From a bacterium (GTDB lineage: Bacteria > SAR324 > NAC60-12), in the NCBI GenBank assembly GCA_965233585.1, contig CBDDTI010000259.1, forward strand, positions 1-11,736: DNA of 11,736 nt. Reading direction: 5' to 3'. A program made the translations under genes and the position numbers. This document shows, one piece after another, positions 1-10,877 of this stretch (the first letter of the stretch is position 1; every line of letters starts with the position of its first letter). The notes beneath the pieces were generated by a model, which did not search any database, had not been told where the DNA came from, and was given only the letters and a program-made list of their open reading frames with translations.

Positions 1-71
1 CCTTTCAGAAACTTTTACAAACTCGCTTAATATGCACAAAAAATATGAAGAAAATGTTTGGGAAACGACTA

Positions 72-233
72 ATGACACATACTCGTTGTCGGTAAAAGTA
101 CAGACCACGATAAACCACATTTCGATTTATTTTTGACCACAACATCACGTCAAAGAAAATGTTTTTCTTCAGAGCGCGAGCTAAAAAAGGCATCTCGTGA
201 CACATTGACGCGAGCATCGTGGTATGGACTCTA
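72..233. repeat. Degraded fragment of an interspersed hairpin-plus-module repeat
   Basis: tcgttgtcggtaaaagtacagaccacgataaaccacatttcgattt...accacaacatcacgtcaaagaaaatg...gtgacacattgacgcgagc resembles a coral repeat I recall. Its partner arm is not in the window, so this rests on recognition only. Confidence 0.4.
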
Positions 234-275
234 AAAGACTTCTGTTGTTCCAATTTCTGCAATGTTATGTTATAA

Positions 276-469
276 AACAAATGGTAAACGCCATAGCGTG
301 TACTATTGAGTTATGGATACACTTGGGAGGTTTGCTAAGCACTCAAGAAGCTAGAGTCGCACTCGGCTGTCGCCTCGCACTCGTGGGACTCTTACGCTTC
401 TTTCGTGCTTAGCAACCTCCCACGTGTACCATAACTTAATAGTACACGCTATAGCGTTTACCATTTGTT
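276..469. mobile_element. Palindromic (hairpin) non-autonomous element, about 194 bp
   Basis: aacaaatggtaaacg(c/t)atagcgtgtactatt... pairs with ...aatagtacacgctatagcgtttaccatttgtt, and the arms pair along almost their full length. The apex is ctcggctgtcgcctcg at 362-377, followed by a short duplicated cactcg. Confidence 0.85.
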
Positions 470-517
470 AATTTCAAGTTGAAAGTTTGTAAGCGTTACT
501 TCATAAAACTACTTTAC

Positions 518-793
518 CATTAGTGGTCGAAGATTTTTCACCGGGCTCACCAGATCGATTTTCTCCTCCAAGAAGCTCAACAGTCCTAAATTCTGCCTTC
601 CTCTGGAAACAGTGGACGAACCATCATCCACTCTTGGGATGTGTCACTGCTAACATTTCTTTTACGTTTATAACCATAGAAAAGTGGTGAAGCTTAATCG
701 TGATGGCTTAACCGATCTCTTGGGAAGTGATTCTTCACACTCATTTTTTGACTGAATGAGGAACTAGTTTTTAAACAAGCGCGACTAGAGTGT
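518..793 (-). pseudogene. Candidate next exon with an early stop or frameshift
   Basis: Acceptor atctttttctttAG at 795-794 (59-nt intron). The phase-2 frame reads RHSSRACLKTSSSFSQKMSVK... to TAA at 696-694. A donor-like ATG|GTAAAG lies at 518/517. No single frame is open across 518-793. Confidence 0.4.
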
Positions 794-852
794 CTAAAGA
801 AAAAGATATTGCCGACGATAAATTTTGCGCAACAAGACGCCATTGATCTTAC

Positions 853-1022
853 CTGGTAAATTTCATTAAAGAAAACCCAGTATTAATTGATAATCCCAAT
901 TGTTTTTCAAGAAAACCAACCGAGACACCAAAAATCAGGTCAGAACAACTTCCTTCGCTCCATCTGCATTCACCTCCAAGCGATACCCTACCACTGAAAG
1001 ATAATGATCGTTGAAGAGTTCC
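853..1022 (-). CDS. Internal exon of the same gene (too short for the ORF track)
   Basis: Strong acceptor ttttttccttttttttAG at 1024-1023 and donor CAG|GTAAGA at 853/852. 170 nt, phase 0 to 2, open frame GTLQRSLSFSGRVSLGGECRWSEGSCSDLIFGVSVGFLEKQLGLSINTGFSLMKFT. Confidence 0.75.
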
Positions 1023-1085
1023 CTAAAAAAAAGGAAAAAAGTACAGCGACTTTAAAATACATTCTCACAGGAATGTCTATAGAGT

Positions 1086-1195
1086 ATGAATGAATGAACG
1101 AACTTTATTTCGTGTCAGAGCATTTAGCTACCTATTACTAGTTATGGACACCAAAAGAACATTTCAGATAAAAAATAAAAAATATTGAAATAAGG
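1086..1195 (-). mobile_element. 3' tail fragment of a LINE (L2/CR1-like)
   Basis: The minus strand has a GTGTC...GACAC stem (1151-1147 / 1116-1112), then AATAAA and an (RTTC)n microsatellite tail, the usual L2/CR1 3' end layout. The 5' boundary is approximate. Confidence 0.55.
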
Positions 1196-1255
1196 ATGCT
1201 ACGAATGTTATATTCCGTTTTAGTAGTGACAATAGTTTTTAAATCGTGTCCTTAC

Positions 1256-1418
1256 AGATATTGCAGCGGATGCTCGGCCAGTCATTCCTAAGAATATTCC
1301 AACAGGAAGTTTTATTACACCAAAGCGAATGTACTTTGTGCTACCAAGCTGTTTATCTTTCATCCTACGAAGTTCTCCAGTATACCTTTGGAAGCATTGA
1401 ATAAGAGACAAGGTTAAC
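1256..1418 (-). CDS. Internal exon of the same gene
   Basis: Acceptor atattattttAG at 1420-1419 and donor TCT|GTAAGG at 1256/1255. 163 nt, phase 2 to 0, matching both neighbours: LTLSLIQCFQRYTGELRRMKDKQLGSTKYIRFGVIKLPVGIFLGMTGRASAAIS. Confidence 0.75.
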
Positions 1419-1556
1419 CTAAAATAATATCCTATTGATATTCAGTCTTACAATGCTGATCAACCACATCATTCAGTTTTCTAATTAACAGTTTTATTAT
1501 GACCTCGAGATTTTTGTCGTGATAGTTAACGCGTTGCGTAGCCCATGTCAACTAGC

Positions 1557-1739
1557 ATGCACCTTCAATTCCAATATGGCTGTCATTTTAGTGTTCTTTT
1601 GTTTACTTGCAAATTAGCCTCTGTTGCCTGTTTTAAGGGGAAACATTTTGAATTTCGGGTTTAAGAAGGAGGCAACAAGGGCTAATTTGGAGGTAAACAA
1701 AATAAACTGAAACGGTGGCCATTTTGGAATAAGCTGTAT
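1557..1739. mobile_element. Palindromic MITE, about 183 bp
   Basis: atgcaccttcaattccaatatggc...tttgtttacttgcaaattagcctctgttgcct pairs with aggcaacaagggctaatttggaggtaaacaaa...gccattttggaataagctgtat. Confidence 0.8.
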
Positions 1740-1917
1740 CCGATAGAAATCTGGAGCGAATAACTAGCTTAATTACGTTAGTATATAAATCTACTGGTCA
1801 TTGAAAACTTTATCGAAATCCTCTTCACAGACACCTCGGAAACGCAATGAAGCGGACGTCATTTTGTTCACGAGGGCTCACTGCTACGTTACTTACTATC
1901 TACAACAGTATAGATAG

Positions 1918-2459
<542 letters not shown>

Positions 2460-2772
2460 TATAGATAGCGAGTAGCTTAGCCAATCAGAGAACGTCATTT
2501 GTGATAGAACGCTGGTAGGTTTATACAAAAATCGAATAGAAAACAAAGAGTTGCCGGAATTGTCTATCATTTGTACGCCCAGTTCTCTATGCTGAATGAA
2601 AGAGGTTATCCTTGATTTCTTTTTCATTCTTCTAGCAATTTAATGACCTTGTAAACTTAACCCATAAATCTAGATGTCCTCTAGAAATTTGGGGTTTCAG
2701 TAAAACGCAAGGCCGGGCTCTTTTTTTTTTTTACATTTTTTCTTCATGTCTTTTTTTCTTTTGTTTTCTTAA

Positions 2773-3154
2773 GGCATGGCCAAAAGAAGTCGCAAGTAGA
2801 TCCAAGTATTCAACTTGCGTCTACTTGCGACTCCGTCTGGCCAGGCCTTTTGTGCACTTGCGTTGACTTTCGATGACTTGCGCTCACTTTGCTCGAAATC
2901 AAATTTGCACCCAAATCAAAGCAACTTTTTCACCGTTTGGCCACTCAAGCCAAACAACGCAAGTTGAGTGACGTCCATTAGCCTATCATTGGCCAATGAA
3001 ATATAGGAAATGCCTGCCTTGGAATGGGTTTATTTGCGACTTGCGTGTACTTGTGAGGAAACTTGCCTGTCCGTTTGGCCACCCAACGCAAGTCTCTAGG
3101 CAAGTTCAATTTGCCGGTACTTGCGACTACTTGCGAGTCCGTTTGGCCGAGGCT
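2773..3154. mobile_element. MITE with ACTTGCG subterminal repeats (copy 1)
   Basis: TIRs ggcatggccaaaagaagtcgcaagtag / ctacttgcgagtccgtttggccgaggct. TTAA on both sides (2769-2772, 3155-3158). Many ACTTGCG/CGCAAGT motifs. Superfamily not assigned (TWA/TTAA target). Confidence 0.85.
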
Positions 3155-3427
3155 TTAAACTCAGATTCAGATTTCTCGCTATTTGCATCAGCGGTGCATC
3201 ATTTCTATATCTCCGCATCTAGGGAAAATGAAAAGCGCACGAAAGAGGCTCAGGTACATTACCGCAAACAATCCACGTCAGATTTATATACTTACAAACA
3301 ATCATTATTTCAAAACGGCATTTCAGTCCACACAGTCAAATATAGAAGCTAGCTGCGCAAAATTATTTTTTTAGTTCAGCGCCGATTCCTGCAATGGAAG
3401 GCCATAAGTTTGTCGTGAATTAAGAGG

Positions 3428-3686
3428 CATGAATTTAAAATTCATGCGACGCGTCAGCGAGCGAGAGCCGGCAATTCGACAATTTGTTATCGTAAAAAAC
3501 AAATTGATGTTAGTTTTTAATGCGTCTGTCCTGTTATTGATCATGAATTTCGTCATAACATTGTCAAAGTAGTCTGCGGATCCACTCGGCTATCGCCTCG
3601 TGGATCCACAGCTACTTTGACAATGTGATGACGAAATTCATGATCAATAACAGGACAGACGCATAAAAAACTGACATCAATTTGTT
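3428..3686 (+). mobile_element. Duplicated, 5'-truncated copy of the 1964-2289 hairpin element
   Basis: Identical to 2031-2289, with the hairpin at 3498-3686. Confidence 0.88.
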
Positions 3687-4169
3687 AATTCGCCGCCACA
3701 TTGACTTGGGAAAAGCCTTTCAGCCTAACTCCCACTCCCTAGGACACATTTTCGTCTCTCCCCAAGCCTCATCCGAGTTTGAATCCAAGATTGCGCTCGC
3801 TTGATCAAAATGCACTCGCTCTCGACCTCGCCAAAATACGCCTGCATTGCAGGCTATATAGATAGCGAGTAGCTTAGCCAATCAGAGAACGTCATTTGTG
3901 ATAGAACGCTGGTAGGTTTATACAAAAATCGAATAGAAAACAAAGAGTTGCCGGAATTGTCTATCATTTGTACGCCCAGTTCTCTATGCTGAATGAAAGA
4001 GGTTATCCTTGATTTCTTTTTCATTCTTCTAGCAATTTAATGACCTTGTAAACTTAACCCATAAATCTAGATGTCCTCTAGAAATTTGGGGTTTCAGTAA
4101 AACGCAAGGCCGGGCTCTTTTTTTTTTTTACATTTTTTCTTCATGTCTTTTTTTCTTTTGTTTTCTTAA

Positions 4170-4555
4170 GGCATGGCCAAAAGAAGTCGCAAGTAGCCAG
4201 ATCCAAGTATTCAACTTGCGTCTACTTGCGACTCCGTCTGGCCAGGCCTTTTGTGCACTTGCGTTGACTTTCGATGACTTGCGCTCACTTTGCTCGAAAT
4301 CAAATTTGCACCCAAATCAAAGCAACTTTTTCACCGTTTGGCCACTCAAGCCAAACAACGCAAGTTGAGTGACGTCCATTAGCCTATCATTGGCCAATGA
4401 AATATAGGAAATGCCTGCCTTGGAATGGGTTTATTTGCGACTTGCGTGTACTTGTGAGGAAACTTGCCTGTCCGTTTGGCCACCCAACGCAAGTCTCTAG
4501 GCAAGTTCAATTTGCCGGTACTTGCGACTACTTGCGAGTCCGTTTGGCCGAGGCT
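4170..4555. mobile_element. MITE with ACTTGCG repeats (copy 2), inserted in the left MULE arm
   Basis: Same as 2773-3154 plus a 4-nt insertion. TTAA at 4166-4169 and 4556-4559. Absent from the corresponding right arm (~8810-8820). Confidence 0.85.
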
Positions 4556-5724
4556 TTAAACTCAGATTCAGATTTCTCGCTATTTGCATCAGCGGTGCAT
4601 CATTTCTATATCTCCGCATCTAGGGAAAATGAAAAGCGCACGAAAGAGGCTCAGGTACATTACCGCAAACAATCCACGTCAGATTTATATACTTACAAAC
4701 AATCATTATTTCAAAACGGCATTTCAGTCCACACAGTCAAATATAGAAGCTAGCTGCGCAAAATTATTTTTTTAGTTCAGCGCCGATTCCTGCAATGGAA
4801 GGCCATAAGTTTGTCGTGAATTAAGAGGGCCACTAAGTCTCGAAAGCTTACTATAGATGGTATTCACTTGACGTGAAAAGGTGTAAGATCCAAAACTAAG
4901 GAGCCGGTCAAGAGAGGTACAAAATGTATATAGGTTGACACCTTTTCAACTGAATAGCGTCCTTTACATGATTTGGAAACCAGCGCATTCTGAACACCAG
5001 GCTTGTAGCGGTGCGTGACATAGTGGTCAAAAAACTAATATACTCCTTCTGGATTTTTAGCCATTTGTAAATTAAAAGTAGGGCAAATGAATAAATGAAT
5101 GTGTTTTCATGCAGTACAGATCGATAATCAGTGGCCTAGATAACCAAACTAAGTTTCAAATGGTTATATTTGTACAAAACTTCATGTCGAGAAATATCTA
5201 AAGTTTGGGATAACGCACAGACCAAAAACTTGGAGAAGCCTTCCTTTTTCTCTTATATTTTATACTAACTCATCTTCTCGTCTCCATTCACCCAGTGGTT
5301 TTTGATTTATTAGGGACTTTAAGATATGGTACGGCGAGGCTGTAGTACGGCGGCAAATAGTGAAAATCACTTCCGGTGACGTCATGATGCATGTTCCACT
5401 ACGGCTTTCCCGCCGTAGCCTTGCCCTCTACTACGGGAAAGTGCCTAGTTTCACGTACTCTTCACTACGTGAGTATAAGCCTGCTGTTTACTTCTCATTT
5501 TAACGCTTTTTTCACTGTTTCAACAGCCTAGTTCGAAGATAAAGTACTCAATCATAAAAATCCGTTCGAAAATGATTGTTTCTTTTTCATTTGTACAAAA
5601 AATTTGAACGATGTAAACACCTACCGTAAGGGACAGTCATATTTTATTGACCGGTCCGAACAGCCGCAGATAAGAAAGCTTTAATTTGTATCTACTAAAC
5701 TGAGCTGTTCAAAATGTATTTTAT

Positions 5725-7635
5725 CAGGAGCCATAATCGGGGACGGAGACTGTAAGTCGTGGGATCCGTGCGGACCCATGATATGGGACAACTTTTCTAT
5801 TTTTTGAACAAATTGCGCCATCCTGACGTCATATATTCGCGCTGCTTCACGCACGTGTCGTGGGTTCTCGCGTGTATGTTGTCATGTTGCATGATCAAAA
5901 ATGGTGAGAGTTGCGAGATTCCTTGCCGATTTTTCACAGCGATGGCAGGGAATAAGGCTGGGAAGAAGAACCAGGGCTGTTCTAAGCACTTTTATGCTCT
6001 GAGTTAATGGACAAGGTGAGTTTTTCAGGGTTGGAAAATCTCGTTAATTTTGCGATTTGAATAGGGAGCTATAGATCTGAGTACAACGACGAGATTGAGT
6101 ACGAGTACGACTTTTCAATTCTAGTTTTGAGGCTTCACATTATCACGACACATACCCATTTCCTCCTATGAGCTATACTCTCCACCTAAAACCAACTTGA
6201 AGAACAAGGGCTCTGGAAATGTCACTGGTTTGAAATTCTAAACTCGTACTCGTACTCAATCTCGTACTCGTAGGCCAATCTAAAGCTCCCTATTAATATC
6301 TGCTCGTGCAGGTTGTTGTACGCGTAAACTTTTGCGTTTGCTAAGTGGTATGGAGTTAATTTCTGAGTTTCCTAAAAAATGATTAATCATAACCAAAATC
6401 CTTTTTTGCAGAGTTTCTTATTGTTTCTGCTTGTTTGGCGAGTTTGCAAAAGTTTTTGAAAGGCAGGTCTGATGCCGTACGAGTAGCTCATTTGCATAGT
6501 GCAGCGCGCGCACTTTTAAATCCGAGTCGGTGTATTCAATTGTCAACAAATCTTGACAATGATTTGTTTGGTTGGTTTTTTGTGCTGAGATGCTAGAACA
6601 ATTTTCACCAGCGTCAAAAGGCTATTAATATCATGTGATTCTTTCACATAGTAAAACTTTACACTGCGAAAATAAAATAGACAAGGAGTTTTAATAACTC
6701 AACCAACAAAATCGAAATCGTTATTCGAGTTGATTAAAGAAAGCGTAATCGTAACTTTGCTGATTATTTCTGCCTTATTCACATATTTTCAGCTTAGCTT
6801 GTAATATGTTCTCTAACATTTATCAACGTTAATTGAACATATTAAAAAACTAGAGATATTATATGAGTTCCATGCACGTTTTCACACAAAAGCGCGGATG
6901 TCCAATTTGTTATGTTTCACAGACTGTACAAAACACGCATAGGCGGGCGCTCTTATACATCGACAGCAGACAATTCATTGGACTTTTACACAAACAAACC
7001 TAAGCAGCATCTACAGACATAAACCTATTGTCACTTATTGGACCTTGAAGAAACGTCAAGCGTTGCTTACAATTTAGGCGAAACTCAAACTTGCAATTAT
7101 GTTTTTTTTACCTTTCGGTCGCGAAGACTCTGCCGAAATCCTCGCAAGCGCGTGGCAAGAGGAGGAAAACTTTGAAGTTCTGAAGCGCTGCTACATTCAA
7201 ATATATCCTACAAGCTTTTAGCTGTGTTATGGAGAAACTGTTAATCTTTTACATATGTATGAAATTTAAGTAATGTGAAGTTCTTCCAGAACGGTAAAAG
7301 AAGCAGCGGAACTTTACTTGGTCAGCGATATAAAGCGGGACATACCTAAATTGGGCATTGCCTTCACTCAAATTGGAGCAAGTTAAGACAAAAATACTTA
7401 AGCAAAATTCCAACAGCCATAAAGGCGTTGAATTGTGGACCAAAACTGAAAAGAATGAAACGATTTCAGGAATTTCGGATGCCATTTTTTCCCGCGCGAC
7501 ATCCGCGAAAATCCTTGCAGCATGTACGCGAGTGTGCCGCAGGCGATGGCGCAATTTGTTCTAAAAATAGAAAAATTGTCCCATATCATGGGGCCAACCC
7601 GCGCTTACGGTCTCCGTTCCCGATTATGGCACCTG
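5725..7635. mobile_element. Non-autonomous DNA transposon with ~90-bp TIRs and 7-bp TSD (P/Galileo-like)
   Basis: Left TIR 5725-5822 (caggagccataatcgggg...ccatgatatgggacaa...gaacaaattgcgccatc) and right TIR 7545-7635. Perfect 7-bp direct repeat ATTTTAT at 5718-5724 and 7636-7642. CA...TG termini. The element itself is clear; the superfamily is inferred from TSD length. Confidence 0.85.
6063..6291. mobile_element. MITE with AGGGAGCT termini and (GAGTAC)n subterminal repeats (Harbinger-group-like)
   Basis: agggagctatagat / atctaaagctccct, and acgagattgagtacgagtacga / tcgtactcgtactcaatctcgt. Flanks AAT (6060-6062) and ATT (6292-6294) are an imperfect AWT-type TSD. Confidence 0.85.
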
Positions 7636-7648
7636 ATTTTATTAGTGA

Positions 7649-8091
<443 letters not shown>

Positions 8092-8213
8092 GAATTGAAA
8101 GCTTTGTATTCTCGGACTTATCACATTGTACGAATACCCTACCTATACTGAAATCGAGCTTTTTATCAGTGTTGTTTTGTTTTGTGTTTGAAATTGCACT
8201 ATTGCAGGCGGTA

Positions 8214-8336
8214 CTAAAAGCAGCTGAGAGGCAAATCTAAGTTCTGGGAGATGTAAGATCGACACAAGAGAAGGAAATCATTGTCATTGATTAAACCTGT
8301 GCCATATGAAAGTAGAATAAAGTCGAACGTATCCAT
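8214..8336 (-). pseudogene. N-terminal remnant of a Harbinger-group (DDE_Tnp_4/HARBI1-like) transposase
   Basis: aaaaATGG start 149 nt inside the TIR. MDTFDFILLSYGTGLINDNDFLLLCRSYISQNLDLP resembles the 'LLL...G.I.D.EF..LY..Y.S.NL..PY' N-terminus I recall from cnidarian Harbinger-type transposases. Truncated after 40 aa with no catalytic domain. Confidence 0.6.
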
Positions 8337-9070
8337 TTTTGACACGTAGATGCTGAGCACCCCTTTGCCGTACAGTGAAATCTTAATCTGTTTGAGGTTT
8401 GCGGAGGAAACGGAGTTTTCAGCGTAGTCTTTCACGGCCGAAGTAGCCGTAGTAGCAGCTCGCCGTGGTGTATCTTAAAGTCCCTATTGTTTTTCATTGC
8501 GCGACGGTGAAAACGATCTACAGCAGCCTCATTTACAGAGGTCTCACCGAAGGCAACTGGTGTGTTTATGGTATCTTTCGCTTAACTTTGCACTAATTCG
8601 ACCTATTTATGGCCTTCTATTGCAGAAATCATTGTTGAACTAGAAAATGAATTTGTGCACCTTCTATATTCGACTGACTTGACTGAAGTGTGACGCGGCT
8701 GTTTGGGATGATGCGAACATATGAGCTCCAGCCCTTTTTTATTTTCTTTTGTATCCGAAAACATTGTAACGACACACACCTGATGCAAATTGCGAGAAAT
8801 CAGAATTTGTTGTTAAAAGAAAGAAAGAGAGACATAAAAAAGGAAAATGTATACAAAAAGAGACCCCGACCCCTACCTCGGCCCCTTTTTTTACTGACAC
8901 CCAGAAATGTGTCAAAAATTTTCAACGGTCCGTTGTAAACATAACGGTACGCTGAAGATGATCCTTGACTTCTAGGTGTCGTTTTAGCGAGCCCAAAAAG
9001 TATTTTGTAGACGATTTCCTTGCAGTATGGGTATAAGATTGCTATGCACATGTAGAAAAGTTCTACAAAC

Positions 9071-9249
9071 CTTAATTCCCCACCGATACTTAAGTCACAG
9101 GAGAGATCTAGACCTCCCTCTAACTTTAAACCGGCTGAAGCGTCCTTAATTCCAAGTCCAAACCACTTGGACTCAATTTCAATAAACGCCGTCAGACTTA
9201 AATAGGCAGACATGGAAACCTGGATTTTTGCAGTCCTCCTAGCCAGCAT
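9071..9249 (-). CDS. Internal exon of the same gene
   Basis: Acceptor tgtttcttccatAG at 9251-9250 and donor AAG|GTTTGT at 9071/9070. 179 nt, phase 0 to 2: MLARRTAKIQVSMSAYLSLTAFIEIESKWFGLGIKDASAGLKLEGGLDLSCDLSIGGEL(R), with an alternating hydrophobic beta-strand pattern. Confidence 0.75.
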
Positions 9250-9289
9250 CTATGGAAGAAACATGTTAAATATGTCCTTGTATAAGGAA

Positions 9290-9325
9290 AAACAAACGAA
9301 CAAACAAACAAACAAACCAACAGAC
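9290..9325 (+). repeat. (AAAC)n microsatellite, imperfect
   Basis: aaacaaacgaacaaacaaacaaacaaaccaacagac, intronic and just upstream of the 9249 acceptor. Confidence 0.85.
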
Positions 9326-9643
9326 AAGAAGCACCTATTCTGGCTGAAAACTAAAGTAACGGTCAGTGACTAAAACGTTTTAAATATGATTTTGCTTATT
9401 ATGCAAAGAAAATCTGAACTTTTTCTTGCTGATGACAAAATTTTTATCCTTCTCCCAGCAAAATTTACCTTGTAATGAGATAATTTAAGCTTGCTTATCA
9501 GTTTTGACTATTTTTGCAAGTTTGTCAACGTTCCGTAAAACAATAAAGCCAAAGGTGGCGTATCCATCATTTCCGGGTTTGTCAAAAGGCGTTCACAGTC
9601 CATGTTAGGGGCCTTAAACACCTTTGGATTGCTTTAAACTGTC

Positions 9644-9939
9644 TTCTCCACCTCATAAATAATTCATCAAGCTAATTTAAACAAAGGAAATCATGAAGCT
9701 GATGGTGTTTGGTTATCTCATCTTAATTGGCATAGATTTTTTATGATTAATTTACTTCTCGGTTTCCTCCTTACTTTTAGTTTTGATTGAGAAGATATAT
9801 CAAACGCTCAAGAGGGCGTTTGACCAAATTCCCAAAGACATCAAAGTTCGTACAAAAATATATACTCCGCTACTCGTCTTAACCCTCTTTTCGGAGTTTG
9901 AAAATGTCGTCAAACACGGTCCTTTGTGTTGATGTATTA
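9644..9939 (+). mobile_element. Decayed two-module hairpin element
   Basis: Hairpin arms atatatcaaac...gtttgaccaaatt (9795-9830) / aatgtcgtcaaac...gttgatgtat (9903-9937), with apex actccgctactcgtc (9864-9878). The preceding module is bounded by ttctcca (9644) / ttgagaa (9787-9793). The left boundary relies partly on a recalled family consensus. Confidence 0.6.
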
Positions 9940-10064
9940 TTACGTTTATTATTATAAGGTTAATACTCTAATTGTGAGTGTAGGCCATGATTCCTCCACC
10001 CCCACCCCAAAGTGGTCCCAGTAGACCAAAAAAAAGCCCGGTGAACGGGGGTGAACTTTCATTC

Positions 10065-10452
10065 TTATTCACTTAAAACATTTCCCGGTTTCTGATTGGT
10101 TGAAACCACACGCATAATTCACCATAACCAGGTGCCGTTATTTGAATATTGAACCAAAGACGTCAAAAGTGCAGCCCCAGCAGATTATTGAACCGTTGAG
10201 CAAGAAAACCTGGGGAGGAGGCTGTGTTATTTTTGGTGAGGAGAAAGACAAAGAGCTCGTTTTCTCCTTTAAGAGTCTGAAAACATTTTGAATAAATAAC
10301 AAAGCAATTATTGATTTCGGCTTTAGTAGGATATGAGGAATTCTGCAGGTCTCAAAGGGTGTTATCCACGAAAGCCGTCGGCCTCGGTGGATAACACCCT
10401 CCTTGATCTGCAGAATTCTTCACATCCTATTCAGCCTGATTCAATAACTGCT
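10065..10452 (+). mobile_element. Two-module hairpin element
   Basis: A = ttattcacttaaaacatttcc (10065-10085) and A' = gaaaacattttgaataaataa (10279-10299), 15/21 match. Hairpin 10303-10452 (agcaattattga...tcaataactgct) has a perfect inner 14 bp agggtgttatccac/gtggataacaccct around the loop gaaagccgtcggcctcg. ATTGG at 10095. Confidence 0.85.
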
Positions 10453-10694
10453 AATTATTGTGTTCAAGCCAGAACAAAATAACAGAAGAAGGTGCGCATG
10501 CCTAACTGATGAATTATTAGACAAGGACTATAATGGTAATATATGTGGGGAGAAGGAAAGGGATGGCAAGAGAAGGAGGGAAGGGTAGTAGGGATGAAGT
10601 TTTGAGAAGATCACTCTCCTAATGTAACCGGGAAACTATAGGCCTCTAACGTATCCCTATAAGAAGACAACTTTCTGTCTTTCAAATATTTCAC

Positions 10695-10877
10695 CTTGTG
10701 ACTTATCCTGGATTGAAAGTTGGCCAAAGCAATTTCCTTTGATGAGCGTTTCGTCCTTCTGTGGTGGCTTTGTAATCGGTTTACATCCACCGCGGTACTA
10801 ACGGTTCCATTTCCATTCAGTTCAGCCGAAATCACTTCCACAAGGTAAAAGTCACCACTGGTGTTAACCTTTATCAC
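10695..10877 (-). CDS. Internal exon of the same gene, encoding an RRTKR furin-like site
   Basis: Acceptor ttttttctctcgtgtAG at 10879-10878 and donor AAG|GTGAAA at 10695/10694. 183 nt = 61 codons, phase 0 to 0: VIKVNTSGDFYLVEV...HHRRTKRSSKEIALANFQSRISHK. Confidence 0.78.

Noticed and set aside
5..280. 91-aa minus-strand ORF as a further exon
   Set aside because: An acceptor-like ttgcAG exists near 257, but most of the ORF overlaps repeat-like sequence (72-233), and its phase cannot be tied to the gene model.
1069..1076. 8-nt micro-exon to fix phase between the 1256 and 993 splice sites
   Set aside because: The stronger acceptor at 1024-1023 already gives an in-frame phase-0 join.
2996..4775. 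Duplicated ORFs of 118 aa and 63 aa
   Set aside because: They span a MITE/MULE-arm boundary and are identical only because of the tandem duplication. No protein motif.
6075..6275. CRISPR-like or iteron-like short repeats (GAGTAC)n, and ACTTGCG repeats at 2773-3154
   Set aside because: There are no constant-length repeat-spacer units and no cas genes. They are MITE subterminal repeats in eukaryotic DNA.
8800..9070. C-terminal half of the 149-aa ORF, including KKRGRGRGRG, and an apparent continuation across the MULE insertion site
   Set aside because: It lies beyond a donor at 9070. 8800-8902 is MULE terminal repeat, and the rejoined frame past 4088 hits stops within a few codons.
9469..9638. 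Possible extra exon (acceptor at 9639-9640, donor AAG|GTAAAT at 9469/9468)
   Set aside because: All three frames contain stops, and the gene model is in frame without it. It cannot be excluded as a decayed exon.
9990..10058. Possible end fragment of another DNA transposon (cccagtagaccaaaaaaaagcccgg)
   Set aside because: Vaguely familiar, but there is no partner TIR or TSD in the window.
10545..10600. Purine-rich GGA/GGGA tract (also 10930-11000) as a G-quadruplex or triplex element
   Set aside because: Low-complexity intronic sequence with irregular G-runs and no evidence of function.
10611..10694. Extension of the 10877 exon to a non-canonical AG|GAGAGT (GA) donor at 10619/10618
   Set aside because: A canonical AAG|GTGAAA donor at 10695/10694 gives the phase 0 needed to join the 9249 exon, so a GA-AG intron is unnecessary.
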